Of a stretch of 64,000 nucleotides of DNA, positions 32,911 through 43,825 are shown one piece after another. The notes under the pieces are model-generated. The model saw only the letters and a list, made by a program, of their open reading frames with translations. It searched no databases and was not told the origin of the DNA. The number at the start of each line of letters is the position of its first letter. Position 1 is the first letter of the stretch. Origin of the DNA: an uncultured Verrucomicrobiae bacterium. Its GTDB lineage: Bacteria > Verrucomicrobiota > Verrucomicrobiia > Limisphaerales > Palsa-1400. Made by a program: the position numbers and the translations under genes. Location: assembly GCA_963764165.1 (NCBI GenBank), contig CAVXRD010000002.1, positions 3,520,001 through 3,584,000 on the forward strand, given 5' to 3'.

Positions 32911-33587
32911 GCCGCCCCGGCGGGGGATGCGTTGAAGAAACCGCGCAGTTCCTCCTCAAGTTCGGCGGGCGTCGCCACCAGATTTGCCATTTCCTCGCGC
33001 AAAACCTCGCTGTAACGCTGGCGCAGGCTCTGCACCATATGTGTGACAGCGGCTTCGGCCAGGCTCAGGCGCGCGGCCAATTCCGCATACGAAACCGCCA
33101 CCGGCGATCCGGCCAGGCAATGCTTCATGGCCGCGAATATTTCTCCCTTGCCCAAAGCTTCATATTCCTGCTTCAAGCGTTCATAGACCACATTGGCGAC
33201 CGCCAGCGCCCAATTTTGCTCGAAGACCTTTTCCGTCAGCGGGGTGTCGTTAACCGGTTCCGGCTTTCGGAGCCGCCCTTTGCGGGCCTCATCGATGAGG
33301 AAGTGGTTCATGGCAGACATTACAAAAGAGCGAAATTTGCCGCAGTCTTTTCGCATGTAGGCCAGCGTTTTGTTTTGAAGCAGCTTGGAAAAGAACTCGT
33401 GCGTGAGCGCCTTGGCCTCTTCCGGGGAATGCCCGCGAAGGCGGACGTAGGCATAAAGCGGATACCAATATGTCTGGCAAAGACGGGATAGCGCTTCCAT
33501 GGCGCGCGCGGTGTCCTGCCGCCGTGCGTGCAACACGACGGCCCAGTGGTTGGCGGCGCAAGCCGCCTGAGGCGTGTCGGAATTCAT
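32907..33587 (-). CDS. ECF-type sigma factor of the Verrucomicrobia/Planctomycetes kind
   Basis: HWAVVL, LCQTYWYPLYAYVR, GKFRSF, YAELAARL..LRQRY. Confidence 0.82.
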   Translation of the reverse strand: MNSDTPQAACAANHWAVVLHARRQDTARAMEALSRLCQTYWYPLYAYVRLRGHSPEEAKALTHEFFSKLLQNKTLAYMRKDCGKFRSFVMSAMNHFLIDEARKGRLRKPEPVNDTPLTEKVFEQNWALAVANVVYERLKQEYEALGKGEIFAAMKHCLAGSPVAVSYAELAARLSLAEAAVTHMVQSLRQRYSEVLREEMANLVATPAELEEELRGFFNASPAGAA

Positions 33588-33806
33588 ACAGATTATAAAC
33601 AGCCGTAGAATGTTTTCGATTTCTTATACTCAATCGACAGATTTTCGTAAACATCTTTATTTCGCCCCCGCCCCGGCGCTAACCGGCTCCATTTATGCGG
33701 AAAATATTCGGAAATATTTTAGAAAACGCTTGACGCTCAGGGGCCTTTAGTAGTTAATCAAGCGCAATTGCGGGTGTTACACCGCCCCAAAGAGCCAAAT
33801 AACAAT

Positions 33807-34532
33807 ATGAACATGTGGACCAAGTCATTTTCGGGCCAATTCGCCATGATTGGAGCGGCGCTGATTTTCGCCCAGAGCGCTCATAGCCAAACACTTGTGT
33901 ATGCCAATGACACAACTTACCAGAATGCAACGTTCAATTTCAACAACGGCGCGGGCTTTGGCGAAGCTGGCAACGAGGTTGTGCTGGCTGGCGGTTCTGC
34001 GGGCGACACTTCCACTTTCTCCTACTACATCACCCAGGCTGCCGTTCAGTTTGCTTTGACGGGCACCGGAACCCCGACCGGTTCGGAGCAAGTCGAACTG
34101 AATTTTTACGAGAACAACGGCCCTATCGTTTATAGCTACTATAACACCCCTAGCTCATTAATCTGGAGCAGCGGTTTCTCGACTTTGAGTTCTTTGGGTC
34201 TCTCCACTTTCACCGACGGTTCGAGCTTGACCTACACGCCCAACGTGTTGGTTCCGGCTGATTTTACCTGGACGCTGGTCTTCCAGAACCTGTCTCCTTC
34301 AGAATCCGCAGGGTTGGCCCTTTATTCCCCCGCTACGGTCGGCGCAAATTTCGGAGACGCATGGGAAAACGTCGGAACGGCGAACACTCCTGTGTGGGAC
34401 TTGGTTTCGGCTGGTTCGGGCGATCCCGCCCTGACCTTCGGCGCGACCTTGTCGGTGCCTGAGCCGAGCACGATTGCTCTTGGCGTGATGGGCGGATGCG
34501 CGATTTTGGCACGCCTGCGCCGGAAATCCTGA
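33807..34532 (+). CDS. PEP-CTERM sorting domain protein
   Basis: Signal peptide; C-terminus VPEPSTIALGVMGGCAILARLRRKS. Confidence 0.92.
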   Translation: MNMWTKSFSGQFAMIGAALIFAQSAHSQTLVYANDTTYQNATFNFNNGAGFGEAGNEVVLAGGSAGDTSTFSYYITQAAVQFALTGTGTPTGSEQVELNFYENNGPIVYSYYNTPSSLIWSSGFSTLSSLGLSTFTDGSSLTYTPNVLVPADFTWTLVFQNLSPSESAGLALYSPATVGANFGDAWENVGTANTPVWDLVSAGSGDPALTFGATLSVPEPSTIALGVMGGCAILARLRRKS

Positions 34533-34559
34533 TTTCTGGTTTCACACTCGATTTTCAAG

Positions 34560-34592
34560 AAAGGCCCGAAGCAATTCGGGCCTTTTGCTTTT
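34560..34592 (+). terminator. Intrinsic terminator
   Basis: AAAGGCCCGAA-GCAA-TTCGGGCCTTT followed by a T-rich run. Confidence 0.85.
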
Positions 34593-34922
34593 TGCCCGCT
34601 CGGTTCCACAAAAGAAAATCCGTCGATTTTCTCCATGGATCCCGTCTTTTTCGGGTTCCTTGGCGATGTTGGCAGATTAGGAGATGCAAATCTGATTTGG
34701 TTGGACCGAGGAAACTCCGCGCCCTCCGCGGCTACCTGCGCGATGGCGGTGGATGCCGCGAGGAAACCAAGTGCGAGCTGGAAAAGCAATGTCGCGCAGA
34801 GAGAAGATGAGTGCGCAGAGCAACACAAAGGCAAAATCAGCACTCCACAGTAAACATCCCAGAGCCATTTCCGTTTGGTTTTTCGCAATGTTTCTACAGA
34901 AATCGCGCCGAAAACACTCTGG

Positions 34923-35211
34923 TAGGTTTTCCATCGAGCCCCAACCGTGGTAAAGTGCGTTCATGCAAAGGCAAGGTCATATTAAGGGAGGCAGCGCAGC
35001 GCGCAACTTCGTGTTCATGCGCCGCAGCCTGGCCGCCCTGTCCCTGGAGCCGTCCAAACGGGTTTCGCCCGAAAGAAATCGTTGCACCCTATTGCACCCT
35101 ATTTCACTTTGCGTTTTTGAGCCTCTCCAGCGCCCAGCTTGGACTCCCCAAAACAGGTTTGCGGCAAAGGCTGGCGCGGAGATTCATTCCACCGAAAACA
35201 GAGAGGAATCA
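34923..35211 (+). repeat. ~290-bp dispersed element, copy 1
   Basis: About 82% identical by hand alignment (256 nt) to the reverse complement of 43826-44116. Confidence 0.9.
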
Positions 35212-35384
35212 AATGTTGCACTTTAACTCATTGAGAATGAACGATGGAGCGGCATGGAGCAAATTTCTTCATGCCCGTCGTTTCCTTGTTGTAAAATGTC
35301 TTGTGACGAATTCTATCGCGCATCCGCATCCATGCCATAGCCGCTCCGCCTTGTATTCCGGGCGCCTCGGGGTTTATTAGACTC

Positions 35385-38300
35385 ATGGCGGACGTGGAAT
35401 TAACGGATGCCCTGCTGGCGAAACTGGCGGGGTGGGAGGCTGTCAAACAGGCGCGTTTGCTGCTGGCGGCCGGGCGGGTGCTATCGTCGGAATGGCAGCC
35501 GCCTACCCTCCGCGGCACGGTGCAGGAAGGCTCCTTGAGTTATCGCGCCGGACTTGTCATCCGCAGCGCTTCGGACGCCGACAACCTTTGCACCTGCCGT
35601 GATTCGCGCCAACGCGGACTCATCTGCTCTCATTCGGTTGCGGCGGGTTTGCATTTCCTGAAAGGCCCGGCGCCAGCCACCGCCGCGAAACCTTTGGCGC
35701 CCGCCCAAAAGGACGCGCCCAAACCGCCAACTTCGAAAACGCCCGTGCTCTTGCGCTCCGCCGCCGGGGAAACGGGCGAATCGGTGGAATTATTTGTGGT
35801 TCTCCCACCCAATTTTGCGGCAGCCGCCTCTCGCGGAAAAATCATGCTCTACATCGAAGCAAAATGGCGGGCGGGGCGCGTCCCGCTCGATGCTCTCCCG
35901 CTTGATGCGCCATTCGCGCTCGACGCCGCTGACTCCGCTTTGCTGGACGCCTTGGAAAATATCAACCATGGCGGCAAGCCTTCGATGGTAATGCTGGAAT
36001 CTCAAGCATTGACAGAACTTTTGCCACGCCTGGCCGGGCATCCGCGCGTGACGCTGGGAAAGGGCCAGGCCATCCGGATAGTTTCGGAGCCGCTGCAGCT
36101 TTCCATCCGCGCGCATCTGGAGAACAGCGGGGAGATTGCGCTTTCGCTGTTGGGAAAGAAACCCGATTGCATCATTCCCGGGACGACGCCGTGGACTTTC
36201 GACGGCCGCACCTTGCAACCGCTCGGTTTGTCGTCCGACGTCGCGGATTTGCTCCGTGGGCCGGTGCGCATTCCAAGATCGCGTGTGCCGGCCTTTCTCA
36301 ACATCGATTGGCCAAAGCTTTCCGCGAGCGGCGGGGTGGAGGCGGATTTCGCGCTCGACGATTTTGTTCTGGAACCGGCTGCGCCCGAATTCAAATTGCA
36401 TCTCGCCGGCGGCCTGGCGGCGCTGGAGGCAAAGCTCGAATGTTTTTACGGGGGCGTGGCGGCATCAGGTCTTCCGCGCGAAACACCGTGGCTGCCGGAT
36501 GCAAAATCCGCGACGCGCTACGCCATGAGAAATTTCCAGGCGGAGCAGGCTGCGATGGCAACCCTTGTTCGCGCCGGGTTTGCCGGGCCTGATTCGAGCG
36601 GCAAATACCAGCTCAACGGCCAAAATCCGGTTCTCAATTTTTTCGCGCGGGATTTTCCGCGGTTGGAGAATGAATGGCGCGTGACGTTGGAAGAACGGCT
36701 GGAACGGAGCACGGAAAAACTGGAACGGGTGCAGCCGCGCTTTCAAGTCACGCCGTCCGGCGAACAATGGTTTGATTTGCAGGTCAGCTACGATTTGCCC
36801 GGCGGCGAACCGCTGCCGGCCTCTGAAGTGCAGCGGCTGATTCTCTCCGGCCAGGGCCACACGCGGCTGAAAAACGGAAAATTCGCTTTGCTCGACACGG
36901 GCGCGGTGGAGGAATTGCAGGAGGTGCTGGTCGATTGCGCGCCCCGCCAGCATTCCACCGGCTATCGGCTGGACAACTCGCAGGCTGGTTTCCTGCAGGC
37001 AACCCTGCGCGGCCAGCCCGGCTGGAAAATCCAGGCGCCCGCCGAGTGGTCGCAGGGCGAGATAAAACTCCCGTCTCCGGCGCTGGGCGATTTGGAAAAT
37101 GTGCTGCGCCCCTACCAAAAGGACGGCGCGGCCTGGTTGCAATTTCTGCGGGCGCACGGATTTGGCGGCATTCTCGCGGACGAAATGGGCCTGGGCAAAA
37201 CGGTGCAGGTCCTCGCGCATCTTCGCTCCTCCGCGCGGACGGGTCCGAGCCTCGTCGTCTGCCCCTCCTCGCTCGTTTTCAATTGGGAGGCCGAAGCCGC
37301 CAAGTTCACTCCCACGCTGCGCGCGCTGGCTGTTCATGGGCCGGATCGCCATGGATTATTCCCGAAGATTTCCTCGTCCGATATTGTCATCACGAGCTAC
37401 GCGCTGCTTCGGCGCGACGCCGAACATTATCGCGGCCTTGAATTCGACACCGTTGTTCTGGACGAAGCGCAGCACATCAAAAATCGCCAGACGCAAAACG
37501 CGCAGGCGGTGAAAACCATCCGGGGCCGCCACAAACTCGTCTTGACTGGAACGCCGGTGGAAAATTCCGTGCTCGATCTCTGGTCGATTTTTGATTTTTT
37601 GATGCCGGGCTACCTTGGCAAGGCCGAGGATTTTCGCGAGCGCTACGAAGTTCCCATCATGCGCGAGCGGGATGCCGGAACGCAGGCGCGGCTGGCGCGG
37701 CGATTGCGCCCATTCGTCTTGCGGAGGCGCAAGCGCGAGGTCGCCGCCGACCTGCCTGAAAAAATCGAGCAGGTCAGCTTCTGCGAATTGAACCAGGAGC
37801 AGCGCGCCGTTTACCAGCAGGTGCTGGAAGCCGGGCGGCGCGAAGTTCTGGAAACCGTCTCGGCGCAGGGCAAGGGCCGAAGCCGGGTGGCGGCGCTGAC
37901 GGCTCTGCTGCGCTTGCGCCAGATTTGCTGCGACCTGCGCCTGCTCAAGACGGACATGGAGCCGGCCGTGTCCGGCAAAGTGGAGCTGTTCAACGAACTC
38001 CTGGAGGAAACGCTCGACGGCGGCCACCGCGCGCTGGTGTTCAGCCAGTTCACTTCCATGCTGGCGCTGTTGCGCGAGGAATTGGACGCGCGGCAGATTC
38101 CGTTCTGTTATCTCGATGGCTCAACCACCGACCGTAGCCGTGTTGTTGACACATTTCAGCGCGACGCCTCGGTGCCGGTTTTCCTGATCAGCCTCAAAGC
38201 GGGCGGCGTCGGCTTGAACCTGACGGGGGCGGACACGGTCATCCATTTTGATCCATGGTGGAACCCCGCTGTCGAAGCGCAGGCGACGGACCGCGCGCAT

Positions 38301-38486
38301 CGAATCGGGCAAAAGAAAATTGTCACGAGCTACAAGCTCATCGCCCGCGGCACGGTGGAGGAAAAAATCCTGAATCTGCAAAAGCGCAAGCGCGCATTGA
38401 CCGAAGGACTGCTGGGAGACGAGGAGTCGTTTATGGAGGCCGTTAGCTGGGAGGATATCCAGGATCTGCTGGATATTTCGCCGTGA
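35385..38486 (+). CDS. SWIM zinc-finger SNF2-family ATPase
   Basis: CTC..CSH SWIM; LADEMGLGKT, LDEAQHIKN, LTGTP, SLKAGGVGLNL, QATDRAHRIGQ. Confidence 0.95.
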   Translation: MADVELTDALLAKLAGWEAVKQARLLLAAGRVLSSEWQPPTLRGTVQEGSLSYRAGLVIRSASDADNLCTCRDSRQRGLICSHSVAAGLHFLKGPAPATAAKPLAPAQKDAPKPPTSKTPVLLRSAAGETGESVELFVVLPPNFAAAASRGKIMLYIEAKWRAGRVPLDALPLDAPFALDAADSALLDALENINHGGKPSMVMLESQALTELLPRLAGHPRVTLGKGQAIRIVSEPLQLSIRAHLENSGEIALSLLGKKPDCIIPGTTPWTFDGRTLQPLGLSSDVADLLRGPVRIPRSRVPAFLNIDWPKLSASGGVEADFALDDFVLEPAAPEFKLHLAGGLAALEAKLECFYGGVAASGLPRETPWLPDAKSATRYAMRNFQAEQAAMATLVRAGFAGPDSSGKYQLNGQNPVLNFFARDFPRLENEWRVTLEERLERSTEKLERVQPRFQVTPSGEQWFDLQVSYDLPGGEPLPASEVQRLILSGQGHTRLKNGKFALLDTGAVEELQEVLVDCAPRQHSTGYRLDNSQAGFLQATLRGQPGWKIQAPAEWSQGEIKLPSPALGDLENVLRPYQKDGAAWLQFLRAHGFGGILADEMGLGKTVQVLAHLRSSARTGPSLVVCPSSLVFNWEAEAAKFTPTLRALAVHGPDRHGLFPKISSSDIVITSYALLRRDAEHYRGLEFDTVVLDEAQHIKNRQTQNAQAVKTIRGRHKLVLTGTPVENSVLDLWSIFDFLMPGYLGKAEDFRERYEVPIMRERDAGTQARLARRLRPFVLRRRKREVAADLPEKIEQVSFCELNQEQRAVYQQVLEAGRREVLETVSAQGKGRSRVAALTALLRLRQICCDLRLLKTDMEPAVSGKVELFNELLEETLDGGHRALVFSQFTSMLALLREELDARQIPFCYLDGSTTDRSRVVDTFQRDASVPVFLISLKAGGVGLNLTGADTVIHFDPWWNPAVEAQATDRAHRIGQKKIVTSYKLIARGTVEEKILNLQKRKRALTEGLLGDEESFMEAVSWEDIQDLLDISP

Positions 38487-38492
38487 ATCTGC

Positions 38493-40802
38493 TTACTTCT
38501 TGGCTTCCGCGGGAACCGAAGCTTCGGCGGGTTTGGCGTCACCGGTTGCGGGCTGCCAGATGACTTCGTAGATGCGCACGGGCTTTTGGAAGCCTTTGAC
38601 GGTGCGCGGCGGCCATTCAAGGCACAGGGAGGCCATTTGCGGTTCGTCGCGAACAATCTGCTCGTACGTCGCTTCTCCGATAATGATGCGTCCGTGCCCC
38701 GAAACTCCTTCCAAACGGCTGGCCAAATTTACCTCGCGTCCAAATGCGGTGTAATTGAGCAGATGATCTTCTGATCCCATGAATCCGACGATCGATATGC
38801 CGGTGTTGATGCCGGTGCCCATCGAAAGGATTGGCAACATCGAAAGCGCGGGAAGCCCCTGCTGCAAACGAGTGACGTTTTCCTCTTCGCGAAGCTTGTT
38901 TTGCTTGGCGCGCTCGACGTTCAGCGCAGCCATGGCCCGCTGCGCGCCAATCGCCGCCCGCACCGCCAGCAAGGCGTGCTGCGGGTCCGGCAGCGGCGAG
39001 CCCCAAAACGCCATCACGCAATCGCCGATGTATTTGTCGAGCGTGCCCTTGTGCTCCTTGACCACGTCGGAGATCGCGGTGAGATAGGCGTTGACCGTGT
39101 CGAGGGTGTCCTTGGCGTGCAGGTCGAAATAAGCTTTGGCATCCGCCTCGTTCAAATTGTTCTTCTTGACGTATTCCTCCGCCTGCGCCTGGGTCACGTC
39201 GGTCAATTCAGTAAAGCCGCGCACATCTGCGAAATAAACAGTGATTTCCCGGCGCTGGCCGCTGATGCGAATTTCCTCCTTGGTCAGGACTTCGTTGACG
39301 ACGTCCGGCGAGAGGACGCGCGAGAAAAGGTTCTTGATCAGGCGCTTTTGCGATTGCTCAACGCGCACACGATAGATGAGCGTGCAGACGTGCGTCAGGA
39401 TTCCAGCGCAAAACATCGGGAGCGCAATCGGAATCCAGATGCGCCATTCTGCGTAGAGAAACATGGCGACGCCGAAATAAGCCGCAATGAAAGCCACCAT
39501 CACGAGGGTGCCGTTGTGCGCCTTCTCCACCACCCACGTCACCCACGCCGCAAAAAAACCCGCAAAGACGATGAGCAGAATGTTGACGGCCATCGGCGTA
39601 GGTTTGACAAAAACGCCCGATATAACACTGTTGGCGACATTGAGATGCTTGATGACAAGAAAGGTATGCGTGTCCAACGGCGTCGAGCCAACGTCGGTGA
39701 GATCGTTCCCCGTTGCGGTTGAACCGATCATCACCAGCTTGCCGGTGAAATCATTGGTGACTGGCAGATGGTGTTTGCGATCAACCCCATTTTGAAGCAA
39801 CGTCTCGAAAGGCGCCTCGTAAATCTGTGGATCATCCGCCTTCAGCGACCAGTCAATGTAATAGCTGTTTTCGCCGTCCACCGGAATGGCGCGAACGACA
39901 CCGTTTGAGCCAGTCAGAATGATTTTCCCGGGCTCAAATTTTGGGTACTCGAGATCCAGATGCAACTGCGCCGCCGCCAGCATGATTCCCATGCTCCAAA
40001 TGCGGGCCGTTTGGTATGGGACAAATTTGTCTGGAACTCCTTCTGGAACGGGATTGAACGCATTTGTCGCCACGATCTCGCCGGCGTCGTTTTCGGGCCA
40101 ATCAATCTCATGATCCCTGTGCTCGGTGAAAAACCGAATCTTGTGCTCCTTTTTGTCAACAATCGTTTTCGACAGATCCAGGTTCATCGTTGCCGCGAGA
40201 TCCTCAATGACGGAATTCCAAACGTAGTAGTCTTCGAAGGCGCGGTCTTTGCGCAAAACATCGTCAATCGGATCGCGGTAAACTGTCATGCTGGCAATTT
40301 TCCATGCGCTTTCGCGGAATTTCGCTATGGGCATCTTGTCCAGAACGGTGGCCAAAATGGCATTGCTCGAAGCGCGAAGCTGCGCCGCGAAGACATCATC
40401 GGGCGCGACTATTTCGCCCTCGGGTGTCGTAACCGCTGCCTGGTCTCCGCGCTTTTCGGCGAACAGCACGTCGAACGCCACCGCCCGCGCGCCTTCCTCG
40501 GTCAGCTCCTTTAATGCTGCCGCATATACGTCGCGCGGCCAGTACAGGCCGTAATTGAAACCGAGATGACTGTTGTAGCGGACTTCGTAAATGGAATTGT
40601 CGGTGATCTTTACCAGCGCCAGATTGGTCGCGGCGTTGGCGTTGGTTTGCTGCAGTTGGTGTGCAACTTGAACGCGCCAATCATACGTCATTAATTCGAT
40701 TTGGCGAAGCGGCTTGAGCGGCCATTTCTCGAAGGCGCAAACGAGCGCGATGACGACGACCGCAATAAGAAAGGTAGGAGATTTTAGAAAACCAAAGCGC
40801 AC
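38493..40802 (-). CDS. CHASE2-domain class III adenylate/guanylate cyclase
   Basis: WPR..AFDVLF CHASE2; FADVRGFT, DKYIGDCVMAFW, EVNLASRLE; GTG start inferred. Confidence 0.9.
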   Translation of the reverse strand: MRFGFLKSPTFLIAVVVIALVCAFEKWPLKPLRQIELMTYDWRVQVAHQLQQTNANAATNLALVKITDNSIYEVRYNSHLGFNYGLYWPRDVYAAALKELTEEGARAVAFDVLFAEKRGDQAAVTTPEGEIVAPDDVFAAQLRASSNAILATVLDKMPIAKFRESAWKIASMTVYRDPIDDVLRKDRAFEDYYVWNSVIEDLAATMNLDLSKTIVDKKEHKIRFFTEHRDHEIDWPENDAGEIVATNAFNPVPEGVPDKFVPYQTARIWSMGIMLAAAQLHLDLEYPKFEPGKIILTGSNGVVRAIPVDGENSYYIDWSLKADDPQIYEAPFETLLQNGVDRKHHLPVTNDFTGKLVMIGSTATGNDLTDVGSTPLDTHTFLVIKHLNVANSVISGVFVKPTPMAVNILLIVFAGFFAAWVTWVVEKAHNGTLVMVAFIAAYFGVAMFLYAEWRIWIPIALPMFCAGILTHVCTLIYRVRVEQSQKRLIKNLFSRVLSPDVVNEVLTKEEIRISGQRREITVYFADVRGFTELTDVTQAQAEEYVKKNNLNEADAKAYFDLHAKDTLDTVNAYLTAISDVVKEHKGTLDKYIGDCVMAFWGSPLPDPQHALLAVRAAIGAQRAMAALNVERAKQNKLREEENVTRLQQGLPALSMLPILSMGTGINTGISIVGFMGSEDHLLNYTAFGREVNLASRLEGVSGHGRIIIGEATYEQIVRDEPQMASLCLEWPPRTVKGFQKPVRIYEVIWQPATGDAKPAEASVPAEAKK

Positions 40803-40810
40803 GGTTGGAT

Positions 40811-40849
40811 AAAAACAAAAAACCCGGAGCAACGCAAGTCACTCCGGGC
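40811..40849 (-). terminator. Terminator-like hairpin after the FecR-domain gene
   Basis: Minus strand CCCGGAG-N12-CTCCGGG followed by TTTTTTGTTTTT. Confidence 0.6.
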
Positions 40850-40868
40850 TGAAATTACAGACTATGCT

Positions 40869-41687
40869 CTACCCACCACCTGGCGGAGTTCCACCAGATG
40901 AAGGCAGGGGAGGCAATCCCGGCGCACTCGTCGTGGGCGGGATACCTCCATTGAACACAGGGCGAATTGGAGCGCTGGTAACCGTGGCGCCAAGCGGAAG
41001 TGTAACGACCGCCGCCAATAATTGGCTGATTTGAGCATTATACTGAGACATAATCGCCGTTTCAACAGTAACCACAGCCGTGCTAAGGACGTTGGCACCT
41101 GACGTGAACTGCTCGCCACCACGCAAGGTCACGTTTTGCACCCCTCCACCTGACCCCACCTGTGCGGTGACGAAGACTGTGCCGGAGACACTGGTGAACG
41201 TCACGCTGTAGCCGCCGCCGGGCAGCAGGCTCACGCTAATTCTGAAGTCAGTTCCACGAATTCCTGCGACGCCGCGGGGGGTCGTGATTTCATACTTGGA
41301 ATTCGCACCGACCTTTTTGACCTGACCCAAAATGTTGCCATTCTTCAAGTCGAGCATGGTTTCGGTTTCTGCCGTAGGTCCCTTGCCAATCTTATCCATC
41401 GTCGGAATGGCCATCGTCGATTCAGCGCCAATGCGAACGGCGGAACTAATGCCATTCACGCTCATGTAAACCTCCGAGTCCGGCCCGGTCGTAATCTTCA
41501 CACCAGCGGGGAGATCAGTATTCGGCTTAAGCTGTTTCTGAACCCCGTTAAGCTCGTAGGTTGCCGTTCCTTTAACAGTGCGGATTGTCGCTTTGCCAGC
41601 GGTTTTGCCGGGCTCGTTTGACTTGACCGTCACTGCGCTCAAGGCGAGAACAGCCAAACAAATAGCTAGGTTTTTCAAGATTTTCAT
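40869..41687 (-). CDS. Secreted FecR-domain protein
   Basis: Signal peptide; ITTGPDS, YEITTPRGVAGIRGTDF. Confidence 0.85.
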   Translation of the reverse strand: MKILKNLAICLAVLALSAVTVKSNEPGKTAGKATIRTVKGTATYELNGVQKQLKPNTDLPAGVKITTGPDSEVYMSVNGISSAVRIGAESTMAIPTMDKIGKGPTAETETMLDLKNGNILGQVKKVGANSKYEITTPRGVAGIRGTDFRISVSLLPGGGYSVTFTSVSGTVFVTAQVGSGGGVQNVTLRGGEQFTSGANVLSTAVVTVETAIMSQYNAQISQLLAAVVTLPLGATVTSAPIRPVFNGGIPPTTSAPGLPPLPSSGGTPPGGG

Positions 41688-41875
41688 AAAATTATTCTCA
41701 ATTACGCATTTACTAAGGGCTAGATTATCGTTTGGACAAGAATTGTCAACTCCATAAAGCCAAAAATTTAACAAAATCTTTAGACCTGCGCTCCCGCCTT
41801 TCGTTCAAAAGCTTCCCTTTTGCCGGAATTGACATAAATATAACAACGATAAATGCTTGCATTTTAAACCACTCA

Positions 41876-43177
41876 TCACGGCGCAAACGAATATGCCCAA
41901 ATCACTCCGCCGTCCAGAACCAAAAGCAGTGCTCCGGCGCCTTTTCGCGGCGCGAGGGAAGCCCCTTGGATGGTGGATTTGCGGCTGATTGTCCCCGCGA
42001 GAGATCCAGTTGAAGCCGCGATCTCCAAGTCCCCGCGCGGATCCGAATAAATCCATTCGCCGCTGTTATCTCCAAGCAGGTCGCCCGCTACGGCGATTGT
42101 CGTCTGGCCCGGTGTGCCTGGGGCAGACCGCGAAACCCAGCTCGTCGCACCGTTTTCCTCAAAGGCGACAACGGCGCCGTTGGCAAAACCCAGCATCTGC
42201 ACAGCATTGCTCTCCATTAATCCGGCCGCCACATGGGTGAAGTAACCTCCCTCAGGCCGCAGAGCCGGGAGCGCTTTGCCGGCAAGATCGATCAGCACGA
42301 CGGCTCCAGACGCCTCGCACGCCGCGATCGCCCCCGGGTGGAGAAGAGTGGGCGGAATAAACGCGTGCGACCAAACATTGCCCATGCGAACTTGCCACAA
42401 TTCCTTGCCTTCGCTCGAATACGCCGCGATCCCGCTCGCGCCGTTGTAACCGATGACGACTCCCTCTTCTCCATCGCCGTTGAGGTCAGCCCAGTGCGCG
42501 CCGTTCATTCCCAGCCAGGCGGACTGTTTCCAAGCCTCTTTGCCGTTATGATCGATCACGGAAAGATTTCTGCCCCAAGGCGTTGTGTAACCAAGAAGAC
42601 GCGAGCCTTTCGATTTGCTGCGCCCATATTCAATAACGGTAAACACGCCCGGCAAACTTACATGGGATTTTTCAATTCCCGCTAAGTCGAGCACATGGAG
42701 CGTCTGTCCCGACACCACCAGAATTTCCGCGGAGCCCGTGCCATCCCAATCGCCGACAGTCATGGCGACCGCGCCGGGAATAGTGTTCGACCAGACAAGC
42801 GACGTCTTGAACATGGATTTCGCGGCGGGCAATGCGGTTGGGCTCAACAATTTGGCCGACGGGATTGCCGGAGGCGAGCCTTTGGCAGCCGCACCCACGT
42901 TTGCGACGGAGTTAATCAGGGACTTATATAGAAGGGCGAATCCGATGCTCGCCACGATTCCGAAGACGGAAAGTCCGATTCCCCATCGCGCCATGGTCTT
43001 GCCGCCCTCTGGGCGATTGAGGGACGTGATTCCAATCCCGACTCCCGCCAATCCAAAGATGAATCCAACAACCAGGAAGCTGAGCCCGATGGCAATAATG
43101 CCCGCAATCAAACAGGCCAGCGCCTTGCCCGACGGCGGCCCAAATCCGGCCCGGTCAATTGGTGGCGGAACGTCCAT
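41876..43177 (-). CDS. DUF4190-like membrane domain plus FG-GAP/beta-propeller-like domain
   Basis: SGKALACLIAGI..GKTMARWGIGLS; GDWDGTG, ADLNGDG, GDLLGD repeats. Confidence 0.65.
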   Translation of the reverse strand: MDVPPPIDRAGFGPPSGKALACLIAGIIAIGLSFLVVGFIFGLAGVGIGITSLNRPEGGKTMARWGIGLSVFGIVASIGFALLYKSLINSVANVGAAAKGSPPAIPSAKLLSPTALPAAKSMFKTSLVWSNTIPGAVAMTVGDWDGTGSAEILVVSGQTLHVLDLAGIEKSHVSLPGVFTVIEYGRSKSKGSRLLGYTTPWGRNLSVIDHNGKEAWKQSAWLGMNGAHWADLNGDGEEGVVIGYNGASGIAAYSSEGKELWQVRMGNVWSHAFIPPTLLHPGAIAACEASGAVVLIDLAGKALPALRPEGGYFTHVAAGLMESNAVQMLGFANGAVVAFEENGATSWVSRSAPGTPGQTTIAVAGDLLGDNSGEWIYSDPRGDLEIAASTGSLAGTISRKSTIQGASLAPRKGAGALLLVLDGGVIWAYSFAP

Positions 43178-43201
43178 TTTTCAGTCCGGCGCGAACGAGC
43201 G

Positions 43202-43723
43202 TCAGGGAGCCGGCGCGGGGTCAGCCTCGTCCGGGTTGCAAGCGTCAATGACGTTCTGGCGGGTCATATAATACAGAAGCAACCCCGCATAGCCCATTCC
43301 GATCAGCAGGGCGAATCCCATGCTCACCGCGGTAATTCCAGTGGCCATGCCATGCGTCATGTGAGGCGCCGCCTCCATCCCCCGCACCATCACCGGATAG
43401 GTGATATAAACGGAAACCGGCGAATACACGATGGCCGCAATCGAGTAAATGATAAGACCCAGGCGGGCCCAGTTTCTCAGCAGAAGCAGGCCAATGCCGA
43501 AAGTCAGGAGCGCCACACCGAACGCAATGCTCACCCCGGTGGCGAAGTGGCTGAACTTCATAAAATCCGGATCCGCGTTCATCGCGTCCAATACAGGATT
43601 CGGTGTCTTGGTGGTATTGAGCGCTTTCGCCATGGCCTGCATCACCGGCGAGGCCACCGAGAGCAAAGCCAGGCCAATGCTTAGGATTCCAAAAATGAGA
43701 GTGGCCATCGGACGCTGTTTCAT
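43202..43723 (-). CDS. Four-helix membrane protein
   Basis: RP..TLIFGIL, GIGLLLLRNWAR; four hydrophobic segments; ATG 43723. Confidence 0.7.
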   Translation of the reverse strand: MKQRPMATLIFGILSIGLALLSVASPVMQAMAKALNTTKTPNPVLDAMNADPDFMKFSHFATGVSIAFGVALLTFGIGLLLLRNWARLGLIIYSIAAIVYSPVSVYITYPVMVRGMEAAPHMTHGMATGITAVSMGFALLIGMGYAGLLLYYMTRQNVIDACNPDEADPAPAP

Positions 43724-43825
43724 CGTGTTTCCTTTTGTTTCAAAGTGAACGGCCTGAATTCGCTTGATAATGGCCGCGCGCCGCGCGGACGCAATATTAT
43801 TATCAGCAACCGAATAATCTCCAAA

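Noticed and set aside
35385..41687. SNF2 ATPase plus cyclase as a defence system
   Set aside because: The genes are convergent; SWIM-SNF2 and FecR/CHASE2-cyclase are common independent modules; no nuclease or methylase nearby
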